The position numbers and the translations under genes are program-made. From the human T2T-CHM13v2.0 reference genome, Homo sapiens, in assembly GCF_009914755.1 (NCBI RefSeq), contig NC_060926.1: a stretch of DNA of 64,000 bases; one strand, written 5' to 3'. The notes under the pieces are model-generated. The model ran no database searches and had not been told where the DNA came from. It saw only the letters and a list, made by a program, of their open reading frames with translations. Shown in pieces: positions 46,590 to 59,384 of this stretch. Within the stretch, counting starts at the first letter, position 1; every line of letters starts with the position of its first letter.

Positions 46590-47480
46590 CTCCTCCCAGC
46601 ACCGCCCCCCCACCCCCCCTCCCCCGACTCCCGCTCTCCACGCCCTTACCTGGATAAAGACTTGGAGCGCGGTGCGGCTCACCAGCACCGTGCACACTCG
46701 CGAGGCGGGCTCCGGCTCCCCGTCCGCCGTCTCGAGTTCGTGCTTCTGCCCCATGATGACGGCCATGGGCAGGGCGAGGCCGAGCGAGGCGGCCCACGAG
46801 AGCGCCACCAGCCACCGGGTCCGGCGTGGCGTCAGCAGGCTGCGGGCACGCAGGGGCTGGCACACGGCTAGGCAGCGCTCGGCGCTCAGGCCTGCCACGC
46901 TCAGCACCGTGGCGTAGGCGCACAGCTCGTGCACGAAGTAGTAGCCGCGGCAGCCCAGGTCGCCGAAGACCCAGGGGTAGTGGAACCACACGAAGCTGTA
47001 GAGCTCCACCGGCACGCCGACCAGCAGCAGCAGCAGGCCCGCGAGCGCCAGGCTGAGCACGTGGTGGCGCAGGCGCCCCGCGCGCCCGGCCCGCGCCTTC
47101 AGCACCACGTGCACGGACAGCGCATTGCCCGCCGCGCCCAGCGCCCAGATGAGTGCGTAGAGCGCGGTGAACAGCACCTTGGCCCAGAGGCGAGTGTCCA
47201 CGCCCAGCCGGGCGTCCAGGCTCAGCCCCGGGTTGGAGCTGGGCCGCGGGGGCCGCGGGCTGCTGGTTTCCATCCCGCTCCCGCGGCCGGCGCTCCCTCC
47301 CTCTCACTGCCCGGAGTCTGGGCGAGCTGCCTGGTTAGTGAGCACCTCCTCTTCTCTGGGAACCTCTAGAACTGGGAGGACACGCCCCCGAAAGGGTGTC
47401 CCTGAGCCAACGTGGGACCGCGAGTGCCAGCCCGTTAGCGTCGGTCACACGTCTGGGTTCAGTTCAACCCAGGGAAGCGC
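46590..47480. promoter_or_regulatory. NTSR2: CpG island covering NTSR2 promoter and exon 1
   Basis: Very high GC and CpG density by inspection; GC-box-like cacgccccc upstream of the ATG. Confidence 0.85.
46650..47273 (-). CDS. NTSR2: NTSR2 exon 1 CDS (aa 1-208; N-terminus to start of TM5)
   Basis: METSSPRPPRP...LQVFIQ; donor CAG|gtaagg; 624 nt; class A GPCR features (GN in TM1, ERC, Cys in TM3 and ECL2). Confidence 0.97.
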
Positions 47481-48607
47481 GTGCTGGTGGAAAGGGGGTT
47501 GGGTTCCTTCAGGGGCTGATAGTCCCGAGTTGGGCCGAACTCCACCACTTTCGAACTTTGTGAACTTGGGCAAGTTTTTTAACCTCTCTGAATCTGGTTC
47601 TGCAACTTTATTATCGACACTGCAGAATTTCTGGGAAGATGAAATGAGCGAACGTGTGTGTGGAAGTTTCTACCTGCAGCATAAATAGACATGGTGCTTT
47701 CGTCTTGCGCCTTGGCCCTTGTGTTGATTTGTGCGTGTGTGCAGCTCGGGAGAGATCTTGGGAAAGACTTTCCCAGCACTTCAGCATTTTGTTATTGTTC
47801 TTGCTAAAGGGCTGTTTCAATGCCATCCTAAGAGCCCCAGGAAGCTCCTTTGTCACTGAGAATACATCCTCATGGTGCCACACTTTCCCAGTCCTTTGAG
47901 AGTGTCATTCTCATGGAGCTAGGGGATGAAGTGAGAAGTGTTTTTAGCATGTTTTAAAACCTTTCACTTTTCTAAATTCATGCAGAACACCCGAACTTTA
48001 GAGCTGAAAAGCCCAGAGGCCTTCTCATTTCATCCAAGAACCCCTGGTATTTACTGAGGGGCAGAATTGAAATTGGAACCCAGGGATCCTGACTTTTTTG
48101 TCTTCAGCAAAGTTATTATGGCCCGGTGATAATCAGTTTAATCTTCCATGTGGGCATATAACCATATCTACATTGAAATTGAGATTATGTAAATATACTT
48201 TTACTCTGCACAATAAATTTATTGAAATTATAAGCATTTATTGAACGACAAGAATCATTAACAACCAGGGCTGGATTCTTAGGCATGTGACTGTGTTTTT
48301 GCACGGGGTCCCATGCTTGAAAAGGCCTTGTCCTGAGTCAAATGCTGTTGTCATCTGGGAATTCTGCATCATTTTTGAACAAGGAACCCTGCAATTTCAT
48401 CTTGTATAGAGTCTTGCAAATTATGTAGCCAGTTGTAACTACAAATGAGAACATCCCACAAAGAAAGTAAATTGAGCAGAAGTGGTTAGACATATATTCA
48501 GTCTGATGTGTTTTGCAATTGAGGGACAAAGAAAGGAAGAGGGCTTTCTTTGTCAGAATGTGTGATTTTTTTAATGGTTTATAGCTCCTTCCTAAATGGT
48601 ATTTTGA

Positions 48608-48925
<318 letters not shown>

Positions 48926-49108
48926 TGAAGTTTTAATTTTAAAAGAAAGGTCGTGTCCACTTAATTTCTTGTGATCTTAAGGAAATTAAGGGATGAATCA
49001 AGGCCCTAAAACCGTAGGAGAGATGATGAAATTGCTGGGCAGTGGAGAGGCTGTGGTGACGCACAGTGCTCGCTTCTCTGAAATCATTGTTTAGAATAAT
49101 TTTATATG

Positions 49109-49450
<342 letters not shown>

Positions 49451-49919
49451 TTAATAAACTGCTACAGACCCAAGTGTCTTTTCTATATAGAAGTCTCAGT
49501 ATATGATGTGAAATCTGAGACAAAATAAAAAACATTTGTCACGACCACTGCCCAGCTCTGTCCCTGTTTCAGCTCTGATTGTGTTCCACCCAAAGACTCC
49601 TTGGAGGAGAGAGGGAAGCCCATGTGAACAGGCAGCAGAGAAGTTTGTGTACAATATATGATGTTTGGGGTCGAGAAATTATTTCAGAATAATTTATTTA
49701 ATATCAAGCAATATATGCCTTTCCTGTCTGCTTCCTCTTTTCTGTTACTCTAAGCGATGAAGTGTATCATGCTTCTCCTTTTGCTTTTGTGCCAGCAACT
49801 CAAAATTAAATGTAATATTTACCCTGGTATCCTAAAGGTTAACATTTGTGCTTTTTCTTCTTCACATGCATAAAATCACTTCTGCTGCATATGGAAGTAC
49901 GATGGTCATTTCAAAGGAA

Positions 49920-50930
49920 AGCATTACACTTGTCCAAGTCACAAGATGAACTTGCTGCTTTTTCCTTGGAATACTATTTTTACTTGAAAGTATGACGGCC
50001 AAACTATGGTTATTTAGGCCTGAGTATTTGGCAGATATTTTCTTAAAAATGAATGAAGTAAGCTGGCGCTCAGGGAAAATAACAGAACATATTTTGGTAA
50101 ATAAATTTATAACATTTGAGCTTGCAAAAAGAAATTAGAATTTTGGACCATTGTATCTGCCATTATGAACTTGACAGTTTCCCAACATCCAAAGACTTTA
50201 TTAGTGATAACAATGGTGATATGAAATAATGTGATTTTTATATAATGAAATGTATCAACAGTTGGATGATCTGCATGGCTACTAGATGAACTGGTATTTT
50301 ACAAATAACCAGTGTGTGAGGGTATAAAATTGTGCATGAGTAAAAGATCCATTCAAAAGAGAAAGTAGACCAGTGGATTTTAATGTAACTGATGATGAAA
50401 AATTCATCAGTATAGTTTCAGTTTCCATATTGTAACAACCTTTAAGAAACCACTACTTGTCAAATTTGATGTAATACCAGAGAAGAATATCCACAAGTAT
50501 CTGAAAGATTATTAAAATATCCCCCCAGTTTTTCAAGTATATGTCTGTGTGAAATTGACTTTTCTTTATATACGTCAACCAGTGCATAATATTGGAACAG
50601 ATTGAATGCAGAAGCAGGGAATCAGTTGTCTTCAGTTTAGCCAGACATTAATGAGATTTGCAAAAATATGAAGCAATACGATGCAATTTTTTTAACTTGG
50701 AAACATGGTTATTTCTAATAAAAATGCATTGTTAGCATGTAATGGTTTTTTTAATGAATTAAAAATATATACTTAAAAATTCTCAGTTTTAATTTTAGAA
50801 AGTATAACATTTTTGTCTCAGGACCCTTTTATACCCTTAAAAGTGACTGAGGACCCCAGAGAACTTGTGTTTATGTGGGTTATATCTATCAATATTTACA
50901 GTATTAAAAGTAAAACTGAAAACTAAAACT
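49920..50930. mobile_element. Charlie1-family hAT transposon remnant
   Basis: aactatggttatttaggcctgagtatttggcagatattttc and tctcaggaccctttt...gaggacccca resemble Charlie1 segments. Confidence 0.65.
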
Positions 50931-51060
50931 AAAAAATTTGAAAACTGTGAGATTACACTTCAGTTTCCACATCAAGTTTAAGGATTCCATATGGATGAAT
51001 GTTAAACAAATTTTTTGAACAAAATAACCTGTACCAATACATTCTTAACTTTTTAATGGG

Positions 51061-51420
51061 TGTATTAGTTTGTTTTCATGCTGCTGATAAAGACATACCC
51101 GAGACTGGGTAATTTATAAAGAAAAGAAGTTTAATGGACTTACAGTTCCACATGGCTGGGGAGACCACACAATCATGGTGGAAGAGCAAGGGATGCCTTA
51201 CATGGCAGCAGACAAGAGAGAATGAGAGCCAAGTGAAAGGGGAAACCCCTTATAAAACCATCAGACCTCTTGAGACTTATTCACTATCACAAGAACAGTA
51301 TGGGGGAAACGACCTCCATGATTCAATTATCTCCCGCCAGGTCCCTCCCACAACACATGGGAATTATGGGAGCTACAGTTCAAGATGAGATTTGGGTGAG
51401 GACGCAGCCAAACTATGTCA
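51061..51420. mobile_element. THE1-family solo LTR
   Basis: tgtattag...aactatgtca with perfect 5-bp TSD atggg. Confidence 0.9.
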
Positions 51421-51719
51421 ATGGGTTTCATGTAGCTCATTAAGGCCTGTAGGGAAAGTAGGTTTCTGCTTCTCTTTGGAAGAATCCTCCAAGTGCTTAG
51501 CCTCCCAAGGTCTAGGTTGGTGTGATGCTGGGCTTGCAGTCAGAAGAGGTGAGGACAGGTCTTGGCTCCTGCTGCTCATTTGTCTTACGGCTTGTCCAAG
51601 TCACGCAGCTTTTCTCAGCCTTGGTTTACTCATCTGAAATGGAGGGGTGATAAGACTACTATCTGCTTTTCCTACCTCATTGAGTTAGGGCAATGAGCAG
51701 ATAAGAATCACAGGGATTG

Positions 51720-51999
51720 CTATAATCCCAGCACTTTGGGAGGCCAAGGCAGGCGGATCACCTGAGGTCAGGAGTTCGAGACCAGGCTGGCCAATATGGC
51801 AAAACCCTGTCTCTACTAAAAAATACAAAAATTAGCCAGGCACGGTGGTGCACACCTGTAATCCCAGCTACTCACGAGGCTGAGGCACAAGAATCGCTTG
51901 AACCCAGGAGGCAGAGATTTCAGTGAGCCCAGATCACGTCACTCACTCCAGTCTGGGCGACAGAGCAAGACTGTCAAAAAAAAAAAAAAAAAAAAAAAA
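51720..51999 (+). mobile_element. 5'-truncated AluS
   Basis: Alu body plus long A tail. Confidence 0.9.
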
Positions 52000-52949
52000 T
52001 CACAGGAACTGAAGCTCCTTGGCTCCTTGGCTGTTACTTACTTCAGGGAGTTAAACCTTTAATGCCTACACAGGAGGGAAGCCCAAAGATAAAGGGGACA
52101 GTCTCTAGTCTTTCATGTGTGGCACTGTTAGGGGTGGCTGCGTTTTCCAGAGGGAGCATCAAAGACATGTATTGATGCCTTCTCAGGACAGCTCTAGGTA
52201 AGCATTCTCTATCATGTAGAAAGAGGAGAATTTTCTTTGTATTTTCTGCAAGTGGGCGTCTCCAGACAGGTCAGGGGAGGACTGGAAAACGCAGTGAACG
52301 TGGAAGTGAGGGAATTTAGCACCATCGAATTGCCGAGGGGGTCCCCTCAACAGGCGTGTGCAGAAGGCTGAGAATTTCTGTCTTCACTAGGGGATCGGGG
52401 CACAATGACTGCTCTGCTCCCTGTTTGTAAATCTCATTCGTGGTCACAAGAACTTGACGCCCTTCACAGAGAGTATATCTATGCATAGATGCTCTGGGAC
52501 TGGCTCTTGCTTCTACAATACTCATCAGAGCCTAATGTTGCCTCTGAATAAGAATAAAACATCATTTGTGTTTGCACTGATTTCAGCCTGTATGGGAAGA
52601 CTGACCCTTGATATTTGCCACTTTGTATGCAGAATCAAAGCCTTGGCTTTCCTGTTCAACTGCTGAGCAGGCAGCTACCTTCCTCTGTTTCTAATTCAGC
52701 AGAGAATAATTAGAACTACTCAGTGCCGGAGGACTCTAACAGGTGTTGGAAGTTATGGAGAGCAGCAGTTCTGAGTCCAGGGATGTGAGAGCTGCTCTAT
52801 TTTGGGCAATAGCGTCAAGTATTACAAGGCTTTCTGGCTGGCCAGGGGGTGTCTGGGGCCAGGACCCCGGGTTTCCTATTTGCTTTGTGTGCTCTGGGTC
52901 CTGGCCTTCTTGTATTTTGCATGCAACCTTTCATTAAAATAACCTGTTC

Positions 52950-53307
52950 TATAGATTGAGTTGTGTTCCCCAAATTAGTATGTTAAAGCCCAAACTCCCA
53001 GTGTGACTGTATTTGGAGTAAGGGAGTAATTAAGGTTAAATGATGTTGTAAGGGTGGGGCCCTGATCCCATAGGATTAGTGTTCTTAAAGAGGAGACACC
53101 AGAGAGCATTCTCTTCCTCCCCTGTCCCCTCTTCACCATGTGAGGACATGGTGAGGAGTCAGCCCCAGGAAGAGGGCCCTCCCCAGCACCCCACCATGCC
53201 AGCACCTTGTCCCTGGACTTCCAGCCTCTAGTACAGTGAGAAAATAAATTCCTGTTGCTAACCAGTCTATGGTATTTTGTTATGGCAGCCTGAATTGTCT
53301 TTGACAG
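52950..53307 (+). mobile_element. MLT1A/MSTC-type LTR
   Basis: cagtgtgactgtatttggag...gtattttgttatggcagcc. Confidence 0.75.
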
Positions 53308-53469
53308 TTACTAATCCCTATGCAGCTTTTGGTCTGATGCCAACACGTGGACTAGAGAGAATATTTAAAAATGCAGAGGTCATTCCCTCTTTTCCTCACT
53401 CCAGGATTGAGTCACAGGAGGATTTTCTGACTCAGAGAAGCAGAGTTTACCTTCATAGGAACAACAGAG

Positions 53470-53470
<1 letters not shown>

Positions 53471-53520
<50 letters not shown>

Positions 53521-53540
53521 TCAGAGAGAGAGAGAGAGAG
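53471..53540. repeat. Compound (TG)n-(GA)n microsatellite
   Basis: About 22 TG units then about 9 AG units. Confidence 0.95.
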
Positions 53541-54805
53541 CGTTCTCGATGAGCTCTGGCCTCCACAGAGCTTGGCCGGTGGTGGAAGGTGAGTGAAAGG
53601 AGAGACAGTTCCAGTGTTTGTTCCTCTGACTGGGTCCCTCTGGGCTGATTGCCATGGGTCAGCTGACACCCTTGACACCCAAGGGCCGCAGGGTGATCCT
53701 CTCCTCCAGCCACTCTTTGGTGTGTTAGTTTTCTAGGGCTGCAGTGACAAATTGCTGGAAACTTAGTGGCTTAAAACAATACACGTTTATCACCTGATAG
53801 TTGAGTAGGGTAGAAGTGCAACCCGGGTTTCACTAGGCTGAAATACAGATGCTGGAAGGATGCATTCCCTTCTGGGAGCTCTAGGGGAGAATTCATTTCT
53901 TGCCTTCTCTGCTTCCTAGAGGCCACCTGCTGGGATTACAGGCGTGAGCATCTGCACCCGGCATGCATCTTCAATGTCTAGCACAGGTCCTGATATGTGA
54001 GAGGTATTCACCTGGAGAGCTGTCGTGATGATGGATGGGGCTGAGTGCCTGCAGGTGGCCTTGGGGCCCGCTGGGAAAGAGGGTCCAGAGTGGCGTGCCG
54101 TGCTCAGGGCCATGTGGGGAGTGCAGCATCGCACTGGACCCGGCTCTCCTGATGCTCTGCGGGGTGCTGAGGCGATGCAGAGGAACAGAGAGGACTCCAG
54201 AACCTTTCACGCGAGACAGTGGTAGAGTACAAAGTGGAGGAATTACTGTCTAGAAAGCACCATTTCCAGCACTCAGCACGAGGTGGTCTTTCCCTCCACA
54301 CCTGCCACCAACCTCCTCTGGAGACAGAATATCCCAAGACAAAGAGGATAAATCTGGAAACAAGTAGAGCAGGAGAAAAGCATCCCGGGAACTGCGTGGC
54401 CTTGGGGAAGTTATTCAATCTCCGAGCCCTACTGCCTCTGAGGAGCTGGAGTGGGGAGGGCAGGGTACACAGTGCCCCGCGGCTGGCCGGCAGGGGTCAT
54501 TCCCCCCTCTCTAGTTTCCCCTTCACAAAGGTGACAGAAACTGGCATCTTCTGGAAGTTTTGCATCCTGGATGTTGTTTGTCAGCTGGTCCCCAGGTAGG
54601 AGAGCATTTGCAATTCAACACTCTGCTCTTTTGCTGAGCCTTGTGACTTGGCCGGGGCTCCCGGGACTGGTGTAAAGGGAAGCACCGCCTGCCCAGGCTC
54701 CAGTGTCACCCAGCCCAGCCTCCCAGCTTCTGAGCCGGTGTTGCCGGGGGACATTTCTCTCCTGATGCTGGGTGAGGAGGCAGACAGCACCATACAGGGC
54801 GGGCC

Positions 54806-54886
54806 ATGGGGGAACAGGACGGCATTCGCAGCTCCAGCTGGGAGACCTCGCAGGGCAAGAGCTCCCCAGACTCGGCTTGGTCATGG
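54806..54886 (+). CDS. LPIN1: LPIN1 far-upstream alternative first coding exon (MGEQDGIRSSSWETSQGKSSPDSAWSW)
   Basis: Strong Kozak gccATGg, 27 codons, donor TGG|gtaagg; peptide matches my recollection of the N-terminally extended lipin-1 isoform; LPIN1 is the known neighbour of NTSR2. Confidence 0.8.
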
Positions 54887-57800
54887 GTAAGGGCCGGCCA
54901 TGTGGCCATCTGCAAACACAGCCCCTGCTCTTCCTCCTTCCATCCCCAGGTGCCCGCGTACTGATGGGACCCGGGGAACATTTGCGCCCAGAGCGCCTTG
55001 TTCGGGATGGGTTTGTGCATTCACGCTTCCCCAGATAGGTGACCGGCCCCACTTGCTCCTCACAGGCTCCTATTCAGAAGGCTGCATTTATAGAGGAGGC
55101 TGTAGAACTTATTCAAGAATTAAAGGCTTTTTTCTTTGCCTTGGATGGAAAATGCATAGTAATTGCTTAATCTTCAAAATGGGACTTCAGAGCTTCGTGA
55201 GTGCCTCCAGCCCATCAGGCACTCTGCTAGAACATCCTTGTCTGTCCAGTTTGTGTGCAGGCCAGGAAGCGAGGTGTGGAGAGTTGAAGGGACCCCTCCA
55301 ATGTGGTCATTTAACCAGTGCTGTCTCCAATAACATGCTGTGTGTGCTGTGGGGCTTCTGTGGACCCCAAAGCCAGCGGCTGTCCCTACTGCCCTTTTCA
55401 GATCTCATCCTAGCAGCCAAGGCTTTTTTGCTGTTGTTGCACAAAAGTAGTTATTTTCACAAAAAAGCCCAAAGCAGGAGTGGAGGGCGTTCGAATAACC
55501 CTGAGTGGCAGTGAGTCCCGAGGGTAGGGCCTGGGCTAGAATTCAGAACCCTGCAGTTTCTTCCAGAGGCCAGGGGGTTGGGCTGCAGTGAGGATAATGT
55601 GTCAAACCACTGCTCCAAATGGTGCGTCGGGGACACCTGCTGTGGTCCTCAGCTGCAGAGGCTGAGATGGCAGTGAGAGAGGGTTCAGCATGCTTAGGGG
55701 GCAGGGAGACCCGGGGTTTTCTGCATCCTAGGGGGATAGAGTGGCGAGGCAGGCCAACCTCCCGCTGCTGGACCCCAAGCACTTGTCGCCTGTCACTTCA
55801 GTCAGCTCCATCCTCAGGGCAGTGCCTTCCTTCAGGGACAAGAGGTCCTTCTGGGGCTGGTGTCCAGGCGGCAATGCAGTGAGGGCTCTCTAGGGAGAAA
55901 GGAGGCGTGGATCCTGCTCCCACCTCTGCACTGTTTTGCAGCTTGGCCCTTTGGGCAAGTATTTCCTGAATGGACCGGAGGCCTGCAGGGGAGAGACATC
56001 AGGCTGGTCCACAACATCCCTCTACATGATGGGGACAGGAGCAGGACCTTCTCTCGGGAGCCCCGTGCAGGTGAATGACACCCACACTCAGATTAAGTAG
56101 ACCATTTTTGTGGTTAGTCAGGGATTATAATGGCTTTGTCTTGTTTCCTTTGCTGGAATGTCTCTTAAGTTTGCCCGGTGCTGACTGAGAATGGCACTCG
56201 CATCTTCCCAGTGGACAGGTGGGGCTCTTATGAAGCTCTGTCTCATGCCCCGCAGGACTGACTCTCTCGCCAGCCTGAGACGCAGGTGTTATTATCATGG
56301 CATCTCTCTCACACAAGCCTGGCAGGTGGGGAGCACAGCATTGCTATTCCCATTTGACAGCTGAGAAAACTGAGGCTATGAAGTTGGGACTTTTGCACAG
56401 CACCTTGGGAGGGGAGTGGTGGAAGATGGGGAGAGGAACCCAGGCCTCCTGGGGCCCAGTCCAACCCTCGTTCTCTCCTGCACCTCCCTACAGATGTGGA
56501 AGTTTGGATTTAATACTGATTTAATATTATGTCTGTTTTCTGCTTATGTTTTATTGGATATTAATTATTTTTCTGATTATAAAAGCATGTTCATTGTAGA
56601 ATATGTAGCATATACAGGAAAGTTTAAATAACATAAAAGCCTGGGGACTTTGTAAACAGAGGTGGTGCTTCCTTCACCGAAGGCTCCTTGTAATGAAGCT
56701 GCAGAGAGGATGTCAAACCCGCCACGTGTCCCCTTGTATTCCATCGCTCTTCCAACCCCACAACCTTCCTGTGTGTTTGATAAACGCTTGTTGACAGATG
56801 GACGGGATACTAAGCCCCAGGCTAAAACCCTCAGCAGGCCCCTTGGCTGATCCACCGTGGTCTAGATTCCCCCAACCCCTGCCCCGGCAGTCTCTGTGCG
56901 GTGCCCATGGCCTTTTGCCTTGGGGGAGGCAGGCCTCCATGGCTCTGAAGGGTGATGGGGGCCGGGGGAGTCTGGCCTGCTTCCTCTCAAGCTGCAGAGC
57001 TGGCTTCCTGCAAGGCTCTGCTTCTGAAGGGGCCTGGTGGCCTTGGCCTTGGCTCAGGCTGGTGCTGCACCTGGAGGAATCTGGCCTGCTTGCTGAAGGG
57101 TGGCTGCAGAGCCGTGAAACTGGGAGCGTCACTGGGAGTTGCTGCTGGGGACTGAGTCTGGGACTAGTCCTTGGATGGCAGGGAGGGCTGGGCCCAGAGT
57201 TGGGGCTTCAGCAAAGAAGAGAAACTGGGACCTAGATCAGGCAGGCCCCCGATGGACTGACAGCAGTCCAGGAATGCTGAGGGGGGATGCAGGAGATGTG
57301 GGTGGGAGAGGTGGGAGCTGTGACTGCCCTGGCCAGAAGCCCAGGCAGGGCTGGCTGGCTTCTGGGAAGCGTAAAAGTGGCTCAGCCACCATAGGGCTGT
57401 TTTCATTCCTGGGGCTGGAAAATGGCAGCTGGCAGCAGCGTGAGCCCTCGGAGGCACCTGCTAAGTTGGCAGCATCACCTGTGCTGTTGGCCATGGCCAT
57501 TCCCAGAGACTCTGGGCTTGGTCTCTGCGCCACAAGTATTTCTGGGCCCTGAGTGTGTGCAGAGCTCTGTGGTGGGGTAACGGGGCGATCTGGGGGCGGT
57601 GCGTGAAAGGCCTGGTCTCTCCCTCTTCTGCAGGAGGTCAAGGTGGAATGGGAATGGGTGGGGCTGCAGCTGGCAAGCCACAGAGTTCACAGGGCACAGG
57701 TCAAGAGTGATTCAGCCTGGCAGGGCTGGAGGAGGCCTCTCTGAGAAGCTGGCCTTGGAGGAGGAATAGGATTTCAATAAACAGAGCTGACGGGGGTGGA

Positions 57801-58413
57801 GCTTTCTAGCTGCGGGGTCAGCTTGAGCAAAGGCTGGGGAATGAGTACAGTGTGTTCCCCTAAAGCTAAGTCTGCAGGGGTTGTTCCTTGGGGCGTTGGG
57901 ACTTTATTTTTTTCTTAGTTGGGGTGTGTGTGGTGACATTCGTCTTGGTCAGGCACCCTGCCTATGAAAGATAGCAGGCAGTCACGGGCCGAATATGTAA
58001 GACCCAGAGTGAAGGCCAAAGTTCGGGGGCCACGAGGCCTGGACTCACACCCTAGCATTGTCAGTTACAACTTTTGATTTGCTGAAAATGTAGTTGTCTC
58101 ATCTATAAAATGAAGCTTATAATACCTAACTATATACTACTCACAGGTGCTTGATAAATGGTAGCTATTATTAATACCAGCACTACACCTGAAAGCAGAT
58201 GGCCTGTGGTGACAGGCTGGACTGCAAATACAATGGTGCCAAGACACTGAATCCCTCTACACTGGCCCAGTGGACTCAGAGAGCACTGTAGGGGAAAATG
58301 CATGGAGCCAGGTCCTGCATTTGTCTCTGTATGAAGAACTCTGAGTTCAGTCTTCCTTTAGTCACTTAGCTTGGCATTCAAGGCCCCTCAAAGGCTGGCC
58401 CCACCTCTCCGCC

Positions 58414-58784
58414 TGATATGGTTTGGATGTGTGTCCCCCACCCAAAGCTCCTGTTGAATTATAATCCCCAGTGTTGGAGGAAAGGTTTGGTGGGAGGTGA
58501 TTGGATCATGGTGGCCGACTTTCCCTTTGCTGTTCTCATGAGAGATCTGGTTGGTTAAAAGTATGTAGCACCTCCTTCTATTGTCTTCCTCTTCCTCCTG
58601 CTCCGGCCATATAGGACGTGCTGGCTTCCCCTTCGCCTTCTGCCGTCATTGTAAGTTTCCCGAGGTCTCCCCAGCTATGCTTCCTGTACAGCCTGTGGAA
58701 CTGTGAGCCATTTAAACCTCTTTTCTTTATAAATTACCCAGGTTCGGGTATTTCTTTATAGCAGTGCGAGAACAGGCTAGTACA
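58414..58784. mobile_element. MSTA/THE1-type solo LTR
   Basis: tgatatggtttgg...ctagtaca. Confidence 0.85.
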
Positions 58785-59370
58785 CCCCCGTCGGCTCTGT
58801 TCTTTCCTTCTACCACGTCCCCGTGCTGCCCCTGGGACGTGCTGAGCCAGGCGTGTTAGTTGGGTCTCCAGGGAGGTGACCATTCAGGACCCTGGACCCA
58901 TTTTGTCACCTCCAGTCCATGTAGGCTTGGGGGTTGGACTTGGGGCCCCATCTACTCAGAGCTTTTGTTTGCCACCTGGGTTCATTTGGCTTCACCAACC
59001 AGAGGCCTGAACAGAGGCTGGGCGACGTCCTCTCCTCTGGGGCCCCTTTCTACAGGGACCTTTGGAGCGCACGCCCCTGACGGTGGCCGGGTGTGGAGAC
59101 AAACCCAGGGAAAGGGTCCACTTCTCCCATACCGCGAACCCCCTGAAATGCCTGTGTGGGCTGCCCCCTGGTCCTGGGAGGGCTCTCGGGAGGCTGCTAC
59201 CTCTGGCCGGCCTGAAGGCACTGGCGCCTGGGGTGTTCGTTGTGGGTGAGATGGAAACAGAGAAGAAAGCTGCAGGCCTCCGTGGGGAGCGGGGCTTTGG
59301 GCCTCTCTCTCCTCTCAGCGTCCTGGGCTTGCCCCACTCCTCCTGCAGGTGAGCCGTGGGGAGGCCTTGA

Positions 59371-59384
59371 GCGCCCCCTGGAGG
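59371..59384 (-). promoter_or_regulatory. Candidate CTCF site CCTCCAGGGGGCGC
   Basis: Full match to the core consensus CCNSYAGRKGGCRC; motif only, no binding data. Confidence 0.6.

Noticed and set aside
46434-46649. 279-aa single-exon reading of NTSR2
   Set aside because: Runs through a consensus donor into intron 1; the spliced 410-aa product explains the gene
46504-47688. Long overlapping ORFs around NTSR2 exon 1 (252 aa -, 146/173/137 aa +)
   Set aside because: Stop-poor shadow frames of a GC-rich exon; no recognisable homology
54900-57641. Cluster of 130-200 aa ORFs downstream of the LPIN1 exon
   Set aside because: GC-rich intronic sequence, mostly non-ATG starts, no homology or exon structure
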